Source: the human T2T-CHM13v2.0 reference genome, Homo sapiens. Taken from it: a stretch of DNA of 64,000 bases. Each line of letters starts with the position of its first letter. The stretch's first letter is position 1. The notes beneath the pieces are model-generated. The model was not told the DNA's origin. It searched no databases and was given only the letters and a program-made list of their open reading frames with translations. Below, one piece after another: positions 17,601 through 40,561 of the stretch. A program made the translations under genes and the position numbers. The DNA lies in assembly GCF_009914755.1 (NCBI RefSeq), contig NC_060933.1; one strand, 5' to 3'.

Positions 17601-19814
17601 CACAAAGGGAGCAATGGTGGGAGGTTTTAAAGAGCATTTTGGGGAGCTAGATATTAGTAGACAACATTAGATTAGCTTGCCAAAATTCCATTTCTCTTTA
17701 TATTGTTTGGAATTTCATCCAGGGCTAAGGAGAGAACTGTAGAAAGACTGGATCCACGGTTTCTCCACAGGCTGAGTTCACCCCCACACCAAGGGCTTTT
17801 AAATGGCCCTGGATGATCTGTTTCACAGAAACTCAGACTGGGGATTCTAGATAAGAAACTCTTTGGGGGCTAAAGTAGAAAAAAAGTCCAGTGGAATTAT
17901 TACAAACTCAAATGCTAAAAAGAAATAGCAAAAAGTGTACACCTAGAACTCTGTTCCTAGAAATGAGATTTTCCCCATCTCTGAAAATAGAATGAAGTCA
18001 GTTTACAAAACAGGTTTTGGTCTTGCAGACAGGATAAGATTAGGGAGAAACGATAAGATTAGGAGGAATGAAACAAAGTGAAGGAAATAACACTAAGAAG
18101 AAAATTTGAAATCATATTGGCCCAGTTAGAAAAATATGACAAGGAAAAGTTTTAAATAGGGGAGCGAGAATAGGCATTAATGAGAACTCTTCGTTTCTTC
18201 CTTAATAACTGGAACTGTGATACTCTATAGTTAAAGAAATGTGAACATGTTTAAAAAGAGAATCATCAGTGAATGATCAGTGTAGAATTCTTCAAGCATC
18301 ACTAAGTGAGTTTCAAGGTGGCATTGTTTTTGTAAGATGGGGCAACAGGTATTGCACCGGCTATAAGGACATCTGCCCGGGAAATAGAGCTGTATTAAAC
18401 AAGGTCCAGGGAGAATGAAAATTGATAAAGCCCAGGCCTGGGTTTAGGCCGAACTGAATAGAAAGAAATGCCTCCTAGTGAAAATGAAAGTGGGAAGAAG
18501 GTATTTTAACACTGGATGTTTATGGCAGGTCGAGAGCTCTGTGACATCATTCTTTCTCTACAGAGACCTCGGAGGCAGATTCCAAAGTAATATGTGAGGA
18601 GAACAAAAATCTAAGTCTGAAAACAAAAAGCAAATATAGAGAAGGAAAAGTACTAAGACCTAGCAAAAGGTATGAGTCCTACCTGGCAATAAAGACGGAA
18701 CAGAAACAACTTAAATGGAAGGGTAAAGGCTTAGAGCTGAGCAGGACCTGCTAAGTAAGAACGTTCTCAGAGGGACCTTGAACATTGCAGGCTTATCTCT
18801 CTGATACAGAAAAGGAAGCGGGAGCAAGAAGTGTTTCAGTTTCCATCAAAGAAGCACCGACCATTTAAGTCTTGGAAATTCAATTCCAAGAAGGTAGGGC
18901 TTGGGCGAAATGCCACTAGCCCAGGGGGTTTCCTGGACCTCATCAGACCAGTGAAAGTTCAGGTTCTGGAAACCCAACAGCAGCTCACAGATCAGCTGAG
19001 GGTAATTCCCCATGGGAGACAAAAGGGAAAATCTCCTAACCAGGAAGTAGGACTCACAGGCAGACATTCAATAATAGGAGCCTGTGGAGTCCAGAACTAA
19101 AACAATTTGGGGGATCTTTCTGGGTTTAGAGAAATTCAGAGAAAAGAGTCAGAAATGGAGACAGGGAAGGAAGCATGCAAGATGATGCATTTCACTTGAA
19201 GAGTTTCCTAAGATAAATGTGGGGTGTCCTGCCCAGAAAGAAGGGAGACTCTTTCACTAAACAGATAAAGATCTTCAGCAATGGTGAAGCTTGGGTAGAA
19301 ATAGGGCTCAAGGGAGCAACGAAAATGGAAAGGTTTTAATCTTTGGAACGGGCATCAAGAAAGACCTAGAGCCACCACTGCAAATGTCTAAAATTTTCAA
19401 GGAGAGTACAGTGTCAAAATGAATCCAACTACCCTGACGAGAAGACATTTCCCAATTTAAGTTTAAATTGACACGTGGTAGACTCCAGACTGCTTGGTAA
19501 CCTACAGAGGCTGAACTATGGCATGCTACATTATACTTACTACTAGTAATTTAGGGAGGCAAAGGAGAAGGTAACAACAGGCTTCTTTCTGAACCTGACA
19601 CCATGGGCCTCTCATTTATTATACTCATGCTAGAGTTTAGACCTCATCTCTCACCACTGTCCCCAGCTCTCTGCTCCAGCCATACTGGTTTCCATGACAT
19701 TCCTAGAATATGCCAAGTATGTGCCTGCCTCAAAACCTCAGCATTTGCCAGTCTCCTATACACCAAAGGAGTAGCATCTATTACAAAACAAGATTCCTAG
19801 GTTTCAACAGCTAG

Positions 19815-21097
<1,283 letters not shown>

Positions 21098-21316
21098 AGA
21101 GTCTTCTAAATGCAAAGGCCAAACTGCCCACCCTGACCCACAAAGAGCAGAGGTGAATATCACAGAGCGGCTTCAGGGAGGTAGCAGCAGGACCTACCCT
21201 CTTCTGCTGCTTTCCTTCAAAGGGGTAGCCTCTTCTGGTTGCCCGTAAATTTGTCTGATAAACCCACAGGATTAAAGAACAAAAGAAATAGTAGTGATGG
21301 CTGCACCACAGCCATC

Positions 21317-21332
21317 CCACTAGGGGGAGCTG
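21317..21332 (+). promoter_or_regulatory. Candidate CTCF binding site CCACTAGGGGGAGCTG
   Basis: One mismatch to the core CCASYAGRKGGCRS, in apparently unique sequence. Motif match only. Confidence 0.5.
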
Positions 21333-21751
21333 TGGAGTTAATACAGCTGGCACCTATGTGGCTTCCTCAAAAGACTGCAAGGGAAGAATTTCTAAGGAGC
21401 CTGACCTTAATCAGGCCTCTGTTCTCTATGTCAAGTTAATTTGCTTATGCGTGGCCTAGTCCTGAGGCTGTATTGCCTGCCAGTGCCTGACACTGTGGGA
21501 CCCACGTTTCTGGTCTCCTGGAAGTTCGTTCTACTTGCCGATAATGAATACCCTTAGGGTTCAGTTGTCTTAAATTTGGGGTGAGAGATAAAATGCTTTA
21601 TGGAATTCTCAACTTAGGACTCCCAGGGAGCTCTGAATAAATCAGTCTATCCTTGGTCTGTGCCCTCTATGAGCCAGTACCCTTCAGGGAAGGGGATAAG
21701 TGGTAAGATTCAGGCATCCTGAACCCCAGACGCAGCTAACAAAGTTTGTTA

Positions 21752-22063
<312 letters not shown>

Positions 22064-22407
22064 TCATGAGATTAAAAGAAAGTGTTACATTAGATTTTCC
22101 ATTGACTAACAGGTGCCTAGACTATTAGCAAAATGGAGTTAAAACAAGAAAGTTCCTTTTATTTATCCTTGCCCACTTAGAATTACTTTTAAGACAATAG
22201 CAAGCTAACCTGAGGAAGGACTTGACAAAGCTACCTTACCTGTCCTCACAATCAGGTATAGGACCAAGCTTAATATGCATAACTACATCTCAGATGAAGA
22301 AAATATTAGTCTATTCCAAAATAATCCCTTGATTATAACGCAAGTGAAAGAGATTACATTGGAGCTAATGGGCAAAATTATTTTTTTTCCTCCTTCCCTT
22401 CTGAATA

Positions 22408-22412
<5 letters not shown>

Positions 22413-22446
<34 letters not shown>

Positions 22447-22725
22447 TTTCTGAGACAGGGTCTTGTTCTGTCACCCAGGCTGGAGTGCAGTGGCACAATC
22501 TTAGTTCACAGCAATCTCAAACTCCTGGACTGAAGTGATCCTCAGCCTCCCGAGTAGTTGGAACTACAGGCATGCACCACCACACCTGGGTAATTATTTT
22601 TACAATTAATTTGTAAAGACAGGATCTTACTTTGTTGCCCAGGCTGGTCTCAAACTCTTGGCCTCAAGCCCACCTCAGCCTCCCAAAGTGCTGGGATTAC
22701 AAGTGTGAGCCATTGCACCCAACCA
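22413..22725 (-). mobile_element. AluJ with (TC)n-converted tail
   Basis: (TC)n at 22413-22440 then antisense Alu. Confidence 0.9.
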
Positions 22726-23566
22726 AAATTCTTTTAGTTTCTTTTCATTGTAAGAAATCCATGGACAAGCCTCATAGAACAGAGTACTTAAACTAGGTGG
22801 GTTCCTTAACCCTACCCATGGAAGAAAAAAAAAACAAAAACATATGGGGACCACCCCAGATTATGCATTCAAAGCAAATGCCATGGTACTTCACTGGACC
22901 CTTCCTATTAGACCTCTGGTAAAAGGGCTTTTGATCCATGGAGTCATATCACACACTGTCACCTAACCATCCTCTACGCACTGCCAGCTCCAGCAGGGAA
23001 TTATAGGGAAAAAACTTTCGTGAAGGTCCTATAAGTAATATGATCAGCCCTTGATCAGTTAGGGTGCATTAGCTGGTGGAGACATATGCTCGGTGTTGCC
23101 ACTGATGCTAGCACCATTGTCTATACCACCCTCAATCCCTCCTTATTCCCATCAATCACTAACTCTTCTCTTATCAATTTTGACAGTCATCCAAGACCCT
23201 GACAGGTGGTTCATAAGGATTCTTCTCTCTCAAACTCTTTGAATTCTCTTGGATAACTTAAAGGTCCTTACAGATAAACCATCAAATGTTGGCCTCAGAG
23301 TTCTTTGAGCTCAATGCTATGAACTTCCTTCACTCCACTTTGGCCACCCATATCCATGGCCACAACCTAGACTATGCTATCGTCAGAGCTGCTCCTCCAC
23401 GGTCTGGCAGTCCCCTATTCTTCTGGACCACTTACTAGTGAGGCATAATGTGTTCATGCGTGTTTAGGCAATACGTCTATTTTCTTTAGCAAACCGCTTT
23501 TAAATATTGACTTTTTTCCAGTCAATTTAAAAGTGTTTCACATGTCACACAAATTAACCTTTATCT

Positions 23567-23868
<302 letters not shown>

Positions 23869-23920
23869 CAATTCCTACTTACTTTCTATGACTCAGTATA
23901 ACAGTCTTTGCTTCTGGTTA

Positions 23921-25253
<1,333 letters not shown>

Positions 25254-25489
25254 AATTCCATGCCCAAATGTGAATCTGATAGCAAAATAAGCTGTATTGT
25301 TTAATGCATTAAAATAAAATATAAGCTTGAAATGCCAGGCACAGAAAATGATAGCAAGTCACCAAATATAGTATCTTTCTTCAAGTTAGTACCTCATTTA
25401 CACCCATCTCACATCTTACATCCATCTCTAGAAACAACAATCACAAACTGTCTAGAAGTTCATTCATTTTTAAATACTTTGGATACTTA

Positions 25490-25837
<348 letters not shown>

Positions 25838-27775
25838 TCAATTGTAATTACCTTAGCTAAGTCACTGAACCTCAGTCTCCTTGTTTGTAAAATCAAGTAA
25901 TTCAGCTTGCTTTTCTTATGTCATAGGCTGCTTAATCAAATGAAATATTTAAAAATTGCTATAAATTAATAAAGAAAGCTGTGATATTTTTAGAAAGTTA
26001 ATCCTATCGCTTGGATCGTCCATAGGAAAATGTCATGAAGGTAAGCATAGCAGTAGCCAGAAAGTCTGAGAATAAGGAAAACGGCAAATAAAAATCAAAG
26101 GCTATAGATTTAAACTCTCAGAGCAAGTGCTTTCCAACCTAGAAAATAACCAGAAAGTAGATGACCAAGCAAGAGGAAATTTGCTTTCACAGCAGACAGT
26201 ATTTCAAGAGCTACTCAGCTGAGTACTAAGGCAATAAAATAATCAGAAAGCAGACTTGTTTTAACCATTGTACAGAAAAAAGTCATTTCATACCTCCTGC
26301 AGTCTAATTCATTCTTACAATGTTCTATTTTCTTAATATAGTTTAGAAGGATAGATTTATTACTAATGAATTAAAGAAATAACAGAGAGTCAGGAATAAT
26401 ATCAGTGATTTTCAAGAAAAAGCAAATTTCCCAACAAACAAGACTGCATGTTTTCTACCAATGAGAAAGGTGTAAATGTCTACCAGAGAGAAGCTATTTT
26501 ATAACTACCTTTTATATGTGTATTTCTCCCGTGGGAGTTTCTGCTACCTAAGAATGAGAACAATAAATTATTTTAGTCAAGATCAGAATTGTCCACAGCA
26601 TTTTCAATATCACTGACATATTCAGCACAAGGCAGCCAGCTGGGGAAAATATTCCTGCCTATAATTGGAAAGTGTAGAAAGATGGTTATGAGAGAGAATT
26701 TGAAGACCTATCATATGTGCTCTCCTTTGTCTTCACAACTTTTATTTTAAAGATTTCATAAGGACATCAGAAATAAAAATGGTCACATGTATGCATGTGA
26801 TTGTGAGGAATACCAAGTGTCTGCATGTAAGAAATGCATGTATGTAAGAAATACCACATAAAGCTTCTGTCTCTGTACAGGCAGAACAGAAGCAGAAGTA
26901 CTGTCTGCACAGTTCACATCTCAATGTGATTTTCACGTAAGATAGTCATTATCATCTGAATTCAGGGGAAGATGGCAATGTGAACAAAGGCATCTGGCTC
27001 CCACTTCCCACGCCCAAGCCTGACAGAAGTGATGGAGAATAAGTAAAAATGGGTCAAAATTTGCATCTGGGTTGGAAAGAAGGGTCGGTTGCCATACACA
27101 AGGCGGAAACATGAAGACATTTCAGCTTAGCACAGTATGGAAGAGCCGGGGCTAAAGAAAGACCCTAAGACCTACTATGCAACCTGGCTTCCAAGCAAAG
27201 GAATGTAGTCACAAAGTTTCAAAAGAAAGAACTGGAGGAGAACTAGAGCCCATGGAAAAATCAAGACAGGTCACAAGACAAATCAATGACCCATGCTCCA
27301 TCTGGAGCCATTTAGCCCAGTGGTTCCCAAACTGCACATCAGAATCACCCAGACATCAGCAGATTTGAAGTAATGCTTCAACGTCTGTATTTTTTTAAGA
27401 GTTCGCCTGACAATTCTTCTTCTTCTTCTCTCTTTTTTTTTAAACAGGGTCTCACTCTGTCACCCAGACTACACTGCAACCTCCACCTCCCGGGCTCAAG
27501 CAATCCTCCCACCTCAGCCTCCTGAGTAGCTAGGACTACGGGCATGCACCACCAAGCCCAGCTAATTTTGGGGGTTTCTTTTGTAGAAATAGGGTTTCAC
27601 CATGTCCCCAGGCTGGTTTCAAACTCCTAGACTCAAGCCAACCACCTGCCTCAGTCTCCCAAAGTGCTGGGATTACAGGCATGAACCACCACACCCCTAA
27701 CCTCACCAGGCAATCTGATAGGCAACAAGGTATATATTAAAAAAAAATAGTATATATACTACTATTGCTACTGCT

Positions 27776-27805
27776 AATAATAATAATAGTAATAATAATA
27801 ATAAT
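27776..27805 (+). repeat. (AAT)n microsatellite
   Basis: Directly visible, one interruption. Confidence 0.95.
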
Positions 27806-28906
27806 AGTCCTTCTTTAGCCCACTGTAGATTAGTAATGGGGAAGGACTTCGAAGTAGAGGCCTCAGGACCTGAAGGTACCATCTGGCAGAGAGCCTGGGT
27901 TGACAGAAGGGGCTTGCCTCTTTCCTGCCTTGGTAGGCTGTAATGCCATAAAGAAGCCAGGCCCAAAGCCAACAGCTTCACCAATCATAGCAAAATGCTC
28001 AGAAATAAAGCACGGGGTGGTGGGCTTTCTCACAGCTGCTGCCCAAAGGACACTGGGTCACCCAACCAGCAGTAAATCCTTCATACTGAGATCTGACATA
28101 AACATACTAACATTATCCAATGAAAAGGAGGATCAAAGGGAAGGCCATCCATTTTATTATGAAGGAAATATCAGACCTAGACAGAACTTTTATCTTCCAA
28201 GGATAAGTAATCCAGAATGGGGGGGAAAAACTGCAAAATGATTCTACAAAGAAGGAGAGGGAAGGAAAGGAAAATTGTGCTCGGCAGGCAAAGAATGAGC
28301 ATATTTATAAAAAAGAAAATATTGAGCAAAAGAATGGTAAAATTAGGCAGCATCTGTTTCATACGGTTCAATAAAAATTTTAAAAATAGATTCAAACAAG
28401 AGATAAAGGATTAGATAATAAAAGAACGTGACAGCAGAGAGGAAACTGGTAGAGAGAAGCAGAAATAAAAAGGGAACTAGATGAGACCCAAAGAAAAGGA
28501 AATGAAAGTGCAACAGCAGAATTTAAAGTGCATTGGAAATGGTAAAGATAGGAAATGTCAATGCAAAAATGCATATTTGTGTAAGTGCACATAGAGAACA
28601 AACTTGTTATATATTCAAAGAAGGCAGAGGAAAAAGACATGGACGATAAAAAGGAGAAAATGGGAAACCAGTGTGGACGAACAAGCAATTCCACATAGGG
28701 GTATTTGAAGAGCAAAAAACAAACTTTAAAAAAAAAAAGCAATAATCAGAGATGTAATAAAAGAAAATGTTCCTAATATATAGTTAAACCAAATTCTAAA
28801 GACCAAAAAACTCACAGGGGACCGGGCATAGTGGCTCACGCCTGTAATCCCAGCACTTTGGGAGGCCAAGACAGGTGGATCACTTGAGGTCAGGAGTTTG
28901 AGATCA

Positions 28907-29131
<225 letters not shown>

Positions 29132-29345
29132 CTAGGAAAACTCAGTGCAAAACATGAACATTTCTATCCGTCCACTACCCAGACGGAGGTTTCATGAAGA
29201 GACTTCTGTGTCACTTTCGAATTCCCAATGCCTAAAAAACATCAGACACATAATAGGTGGTCAATAAACATTTGCCGGGTACATTAATAAATGATTAATG
29301 TCTTAAATTTCATGGCTAAAGAAGCCTTCATGATACACAAGCTGA

Positions 29346-29567
<222 letters not shown>

Positions 29568-30292
29568 TAGCCATGTTGACCCTGGCCTCAGGTGATCCGC
29601 CCACCTAAGCCTCCCAAAGTGCAGGGATTACAGGCATGAGCCACCACACCTGGCCAGGATTTTTTTTTTAAAAGAAAGTCACACCTTCTAACTCTTCTTT
29701 CAAAGCTTCCAGTTCCCAACGTCAATAAGAAATACTTCTAGAATTCCAAGAACAAAAGTTTATGACCCAAGAATTTTATCTTCAATTGAGCTCTCATTCA
29801 CATGTGAAGGCAACAAAAGACATTCTCAGATCATCATGGACTCAGAAAGTATCCCATTCCCTCCCTGAGGAGCAGGCAAATCACCACACAGAGAGAGAAA
29901 TAGAGATAGAGAAATAATAGAGAACGTGGTTTGAAAAGACTGTCAGTAAGCACTGAAACTATTAAAACATGTACCCAAGGTTAAATCATCGCTACCAAGG
30001 TTTCTATAAATCAATATAAGAGTGAGCTCTTTGGAGAGATAATACATGTTAAAAATAAGAAACTGGTAATATAATGCTATACTAAACCAATAACCTAAGA
30101 GAAGAGAGAGGGGAAGAAATAAAAGGAAGTTTTAAAAATAAAAGGAATGCTAACTTATCTCATTCAGGGAAAAGTGAACAATATTTCAGTCTTAACACTG
30201 GTGAAAAAAGAAATACACACTCAAATAGAATTTGTCTTTTTTAAATGTGATCACTTGTAGAAAAGAAAACAAAATCTATACTATCTGACTCA

Positions 30293-30496
<204 letters not shown>

Positions 30497-30638
30497 TTAA
30501 GTGATCTGCACACCTGTGGTCCCAGCTACTTGGGAGCTGAGGTGGGAGGATTGCTTGAGCCTGGAAGGTCAAGGCTGCAGTGAGCCATGGTTGCACCACT
30601 GAACTCCAGCCTGGGCAACAGAGCTAGACCATATCTCA

Positions 30639-30827
<189 letters not shown>

Positions 30828-31765
30828 TCATAAATAAGTAAATAAATAAATAAATAGACAGATGAAAGGAAAATCATATCACAAATAACAATGATGTAAG
30901 TTGGATAACTTATCTAATCAAAAATAAAAGTTTTCCAGAAAAGCTCTCAATACATGCTGTCTCCTAGAGTACATTTATAGTAATATTATTCAGATAGCTT
31001 TCAAGAAGGAAAAAAAGTAGACAAAGGCATATCATGCAAATGCAAGCACAAATAAATTAAGAAAACAATATTACTTTCAACATATAATTCAAGGCAAAGG
31101 TATTAAACAGGCTAAAATAAGCCATTTGTTACTAGCGAAAGAATCTATAATAAAGATATCAGTCATGAACATAAAAATCATATCAAAATGTGTGAAACAA
31201 ACCAATAAGAATTTCTAAGAGGAACAGAAAATGGCAATCCATGTTAAAAATAAACAAAAACCAGAAGTCCTGAATAACCTTATTAATAAAGTTGACTTAA
31301 TAACAGATCTTATTCCCCTTACAGGCAAACACTCTACCTTATTATCTAGCACCTACTGAAATTACCAAACTTGGCCAAATGGTAAGGCCCAAGAAAATGT
31401 CAATAAATCCTCCAAACATACCAAAATGTAATAAAACTAGAAAACAACAACACAGTATAAATGTTACAAAGAAAAAATCTACCACTGTATACAATGCTTG
31501 TAATTAATTATTCAAAGGGGAAATCAGAATAGTAATTATATAATGCTTTGAAAGTAAGGGTAAAGAGAACACATATTAAAACACTCATAAATAATTATTC
31601 TGTCAAACAGAAAATCAGAATAGCAATTATATCATGCCTTGAAACATGTATCAATGCCTAAAGAATTCTGCCAAAGCTCAAATCTGCAAGGGAGAAAGAA
31701 ACATTAAAGACTTTTATTATCAAACAGAAACGAATGAAAATAAGCTGAATTTTGTTATGCATTCA

Positions 31766-31896
31766 ACTCAAGAATTTAGAAACAGAACAATATAACCAAT
31801 TTAACAGAAATATGGGCTGTGCACCGTGACTCAAGAATTTAGAAACAGAACAATATAACCAATTTAACAGAAATATGGGCTGTGCACCGTGACTCA
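31766..31896. repeat. Perfect 63-bp direct tandem duplication
   Basis: 31766-31828 is identical to 31829-31891. actca occurs at 31766, 31829 and 31892. Confidence 0.98.
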
Positions 31897-33445
31897 CACC
31901 TATAATCCCAGTACTTGGGGAGGCAGAGGCAGGCATATCAATTGAGCCCAGAAGTTCAAGACCAGCCTGGGTAACATGGCAAAACCCTGTCTCTACAAAA
32001 AATACAAAAATTTGCCAGGCATAGTGGTGCACGCCTGTAGTCCCAGCTACTTGGGAGGCTGAGGTGGGAGGATCACCTGAGCCCAGGAGGTCAAGGTTGC
32101 TGTGAGCTGTGATTGTACTACTGCACTGCAACCTGGGTGACAGAGCTGGGTGTCTCAAAAAAAAAAAAAAAAAGAAAAAAAAGAAAGAAAGAAAGAAAAA
32201 AAAAAAGAGAGAAACATGGAGAAGGAAAAATAAAAACAAGAGGAGAAATTAGTGAGTTAGAAAAAGAAAAACAATTTTAAAACCCAAGAGTTCATCCCTT
32301 GGGGAAAAAAAATAGTAATAAAACACGCAACCCAAACCAATCAACCTCTAAAAAGAGAAAGAACCAAACTTAGGAGTCAGAATAACCTGGGATTATATAA
32401 CCTATGACCCCAGAGGAGATGTAAGCAAATATTCCATATGCCATTCTGCCAATATGTGTAGTATATCAACCAAATATACATTTTTTAGAAAAATATAAAA
32501 ATTGACTCAAGAAAATGTCAGAAACATAAACAGACCCAAAATCATGGAAGAAATTGACAAAGTTCTTAAAGAATCATCTCCTGAAAGGGGTGAAACTTCA
32601 ACAATCTTTTGAGAAAGTTTTCAACTTTAAAAGAAGGGAATAATTCAAACATGATATAAAGTATTCCAGAGGGAAAAACAATGGAAAACTTCCCAATTCA
32701 TTTTAAGGAAAATAGCATAACTCCAATAATGAAATCAGACAACAGAATGTCCAGGATCTAGAGGAAAAAATTGACAAGTCTTTATAACAGTGCATAAATA
32801 AACAGAAGACCTGAGTAGACACTGAGTAAATGTGGAAACATACCTTGCTCCCAGTTAGGATGGCTCAACATAAATCCTAATTCTCTCTAGATTAACTTGC
32901 AAATATAATCCAATTCCCTTTAGTCCAGAGACATTAAATAACTCAGCCATGATCAGCCAACTCTTCAATACAGAGTTAAGATGCAAAACCGGATCTGCCT
33001 GACTCCAAAGACCATGTTTTTCCCAAGGGAAAGGAACTTGAACAGGTAATTGGATATTAGTAAAAACAGCTGACGCCAAACAGCAACCTGTCATCCTCAC
33101 TGAACAGTGGCAGGTGAGTGATGATCTTTTAAAGACATTTCCCTATAGTAGTTTACTAATAATTTTGTAAGACTTCTCTGATTAGTTACCATATTAATTT
33201 TATAATATCTTTGCCTGCATATTATTTACTTGCAAAGAATTAATTTTGTTTTATTTATATACAAATGTCAAGAGACCTAATTTGTATAATCTCATAGTTG
33301 GTTTTATATTGTTAAGATTGGCAGACTTTTTCAACTATTTCTGCTGAACTATTCCCAGCTACTCGGGTTAAGGTACAGTTTCAGTGGGATAGCAAACAGC
33401 TAATTAAGAACTTTCTCAACTCCCCCAAAATAATAAATGACATCG

Positions 33446-34770
<1,325 letters not shown>

Positions 34771-35031
34771 TAAAAGGCATTCCTTTTAAATGCCTTTTTA
34801 TTACTTTCCACCTCTCCCGGAGGGCTCAGCTGAGAAAAAATACCCCAGAGCCCATTCAGCCTGGTACCAAGAGGATACGGATCTCTTGACCTGCTCTAGT
34901 TCTGTGGCTGGAGCAACTACATCTGAGTATAAATCTCAGACAGCAAATAGGAGCTCTCCAGCCCAGCTGATTCTGCAGCATACTTCCCCACATTCTGTGC
35001 TTAGCATTTTCTAGGAGGAAATGAGACTTCA

Positions 35032-35322
<291 letters not shown>

Positions 35323-35686
35323 TTATACTGTGCTGCTCAGCCAGGGAGCATTCGTAAGGTAAACCTGGTCTGCTGATAAAGTCTGATCAGCCCAGTGAAT
35401 ATTAAACCCCTAGAGGAGACATAAATGAGAAATCTCCCTAGGAAGTGCTCTCCTGCACACAAATGATCAAATGGAGACAATTGCAACCTGAGGACCATTG
35501 GCTGCACTCTGTCACCAAGTCAGCAGACGCTCCCGGGCTTGCTCTGGGGGAGTGAAATACAAGTGCTTGGAAACAAGCAATCGTGAGGATGCCAAATATA
35601 AATGCATCCCCCACACATGCACCCTGCTGAATGACAAATATGTTAAACACAAAATGCAAAATAACGAAATCATCCAGATATCTTCA

Positions 35687-36276
<590 letters not shown>

Positions 36277-37031
36277 TCAACTCACAAAATGCATCAATGG
36301 GCTTTAGCAAAATTCTAAAGGAGATCAGTCTCTCTGCATAGCTGGTATCTCTGCTGGTCACCATTCATCCTCAGAGGCAGACACTGAGTCAGGCAATGCA
36401 AGCTCTCCCAAGCCAATCACCCAACTTCTCTTCATCATGAATGAGCGTGGCCCATTACCTGACTTAGAGGGAAAGGAAAGATTCCAGCTTGGATATAGGT
36501 CAGAATTCTAACCTGTGATTCACCTGACAGGCCACTGGATGCCACTGGCATTCCACTCTGGTAGAATGGAATGAGGCCCAGAGCTGGGTCCTCAGTGAGA
36601 CCTTCCCTGCAACTGCACAGGTAAGACCTACTTCCACCTTTCTCTTCCCAGCAGAATGATGGGAAACTCCTTCAAGTCACTGCTATCCCCAGGGGGAAAA
36701 TGACATGTCTCACCACACAGGACCACGCCTCAGAAACAGGTTGGGGCAAACTAAAGAAATTCTCCACAAGGTTCCTAGGTACTTCTGGGACTCCTGTAAC
36801 TGAAGCTATTTAATCCTGGTCTATCAGGATGCCACTGATTCCTCTGGGTTGTTCTGCTTCTTTTAAATATTCTGCATATATTCCAGCTAATGAATTCAGC
36901 AATGTGGGAAACCATATGAAGGCCTTGGTTCCCTGAGGTAACATAGTTTTCAGCATTCCCAGTCAACCCGCAAGTGGTTGTGCAGACAGGAAGAACGAAA
37001 GGGGATCTAGCTTTTTATTTCTTTGAAATCA

Positions 37032-38445
<1,414 letters not shown>

Positions 38446-38855
38446 AGAGTGAGAAAGCTATTTCTCCATGTCAGAAAATGACTCTCCACAACTCAGCTCC
38501 TGTTTCTCCCTTCTAGTAAATCTCTTCGCAGTCTCCAAGTGCAAAAGGAAGCCTGCACCTTAGGTACCTGTAGGGCCAATCCTATTCTCCTGTACTCAGA
38601 ACCAATGCTAGCTTTGGATTGACCCAGATCTACTGACCTCTCTGCCCAAAGAAGAGTTTATATCTTTACTAAATCATCCCTTCAGCAGCAATGCCTAGAT
38701 TCTGTGTCCCACATGACCTGGTCTTGGGTAAGCCCAAGTTATCTATTAGCAAGTGAAAATCAATGGAGGCAGAGAGGGAAAAATAGGCAAACTCCTGCCG
38801 AGATACCAGAAAGGCCACCTATGGCTGTCTGCAGCATTCCTGGATCTCTATATCA

Positions 38856-39251
<396 letters not shown>

Positions 39252-40257
39252 TTATGAGCATGGGTACCCTAAGAGACACAATGACCTTCAGTTCGCCCCC
39301 TTGGGTAGCATAAAGATGATGTTGGTACCAGTCTTTTATCAGCCTGAACAAGCCCCAGATATTTCTGGCCTCTACCCTCTTTGCTGCCCTTCAAAGCCCC
39401 AGAGCTCTTGGCATCTCTGCTCACTTACACATCCCTTTGATGCTAACTCACCACCTGGTCCAGAAAGAAAAGGCACCAGCCCAGCCCTCATCTTCTCTCT
39501 GAGTTGCCAGCAAAGCGAATTTCCTTTTTACTCTCAGTTCCTTTGTCATCGAAGCAGAGATTAGAAAGGAGTTTTCTTTCTTGTCCTTCCTTCTTGCTCA
39601 TTCACTATGACAACTGTAAATGGCATCTCAAAGATGCCATCTGCCTCCAGCCTGTGCCATGCTCTCTGCACAGATGGGACCCAGATCCAATTATAGGGGT
39701 GTCAGATATTTCATCCCAGGGAGCAGTTTAACAAAGTTTGGTTGCTTTTCCCTCCAGGTGCCTACAAATTAGTTGGAAAGACTCCTTTATAAAAGAATCA
39801 GATATTCAACATCTACATTAATGCTGCCCTTTTAATGGAGACTATATGCCCTCATTCCAATAGTGCTGATAACTGAAAACATTTCTGGAAGTCCTCTTTG
39901 GAGCTGTCCCGGGGCTCTTTCATTCCCTGCTCACTACTAACTGAATGGCTATCAAATGCCAAGCATCCTGCCATGCCAGGCACTGGGCTGTGACGATGTT
40001 ACCTGTTGACTATGTAGGGAAAAAGTACTCTTGAAAGTCATAGATCTGTGAATGTTAGTTGAAGGTATGGGTGCAGGTGAGATATGCAGGTAGGACAGAG
40101 ACAGTGAATGGCCCAATGGCAGAACACTGGGAAACACTGAAACCCAGGGGGGAACCAGAGGAAAAAGGCAATGCAGAAGAGAGGCAGGAGGCTGGTAGAG
40201 TGACTGATGTCTAGGAAGGAAAGGAAGGACTTGAAAGAGTGTCTCTCAGCCTTCCAA

Positions 40258-40561
<304 letters not shown>

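Noticed and set aside
31763-32239. 158-aa ORF with a 21-aa repeat; possible repeat array or CRISPR-like structure
   Set aside because: Antisense Alu plus the two-copy 63-bp duplication. No spacers, and the context is eukaryotic intron.
39290-39307. Second CTCF-like sequence ttcgcccccttgggta
   Set aside because: Lacks the conserved TGG (CCA) end of the core, so the match is poor.
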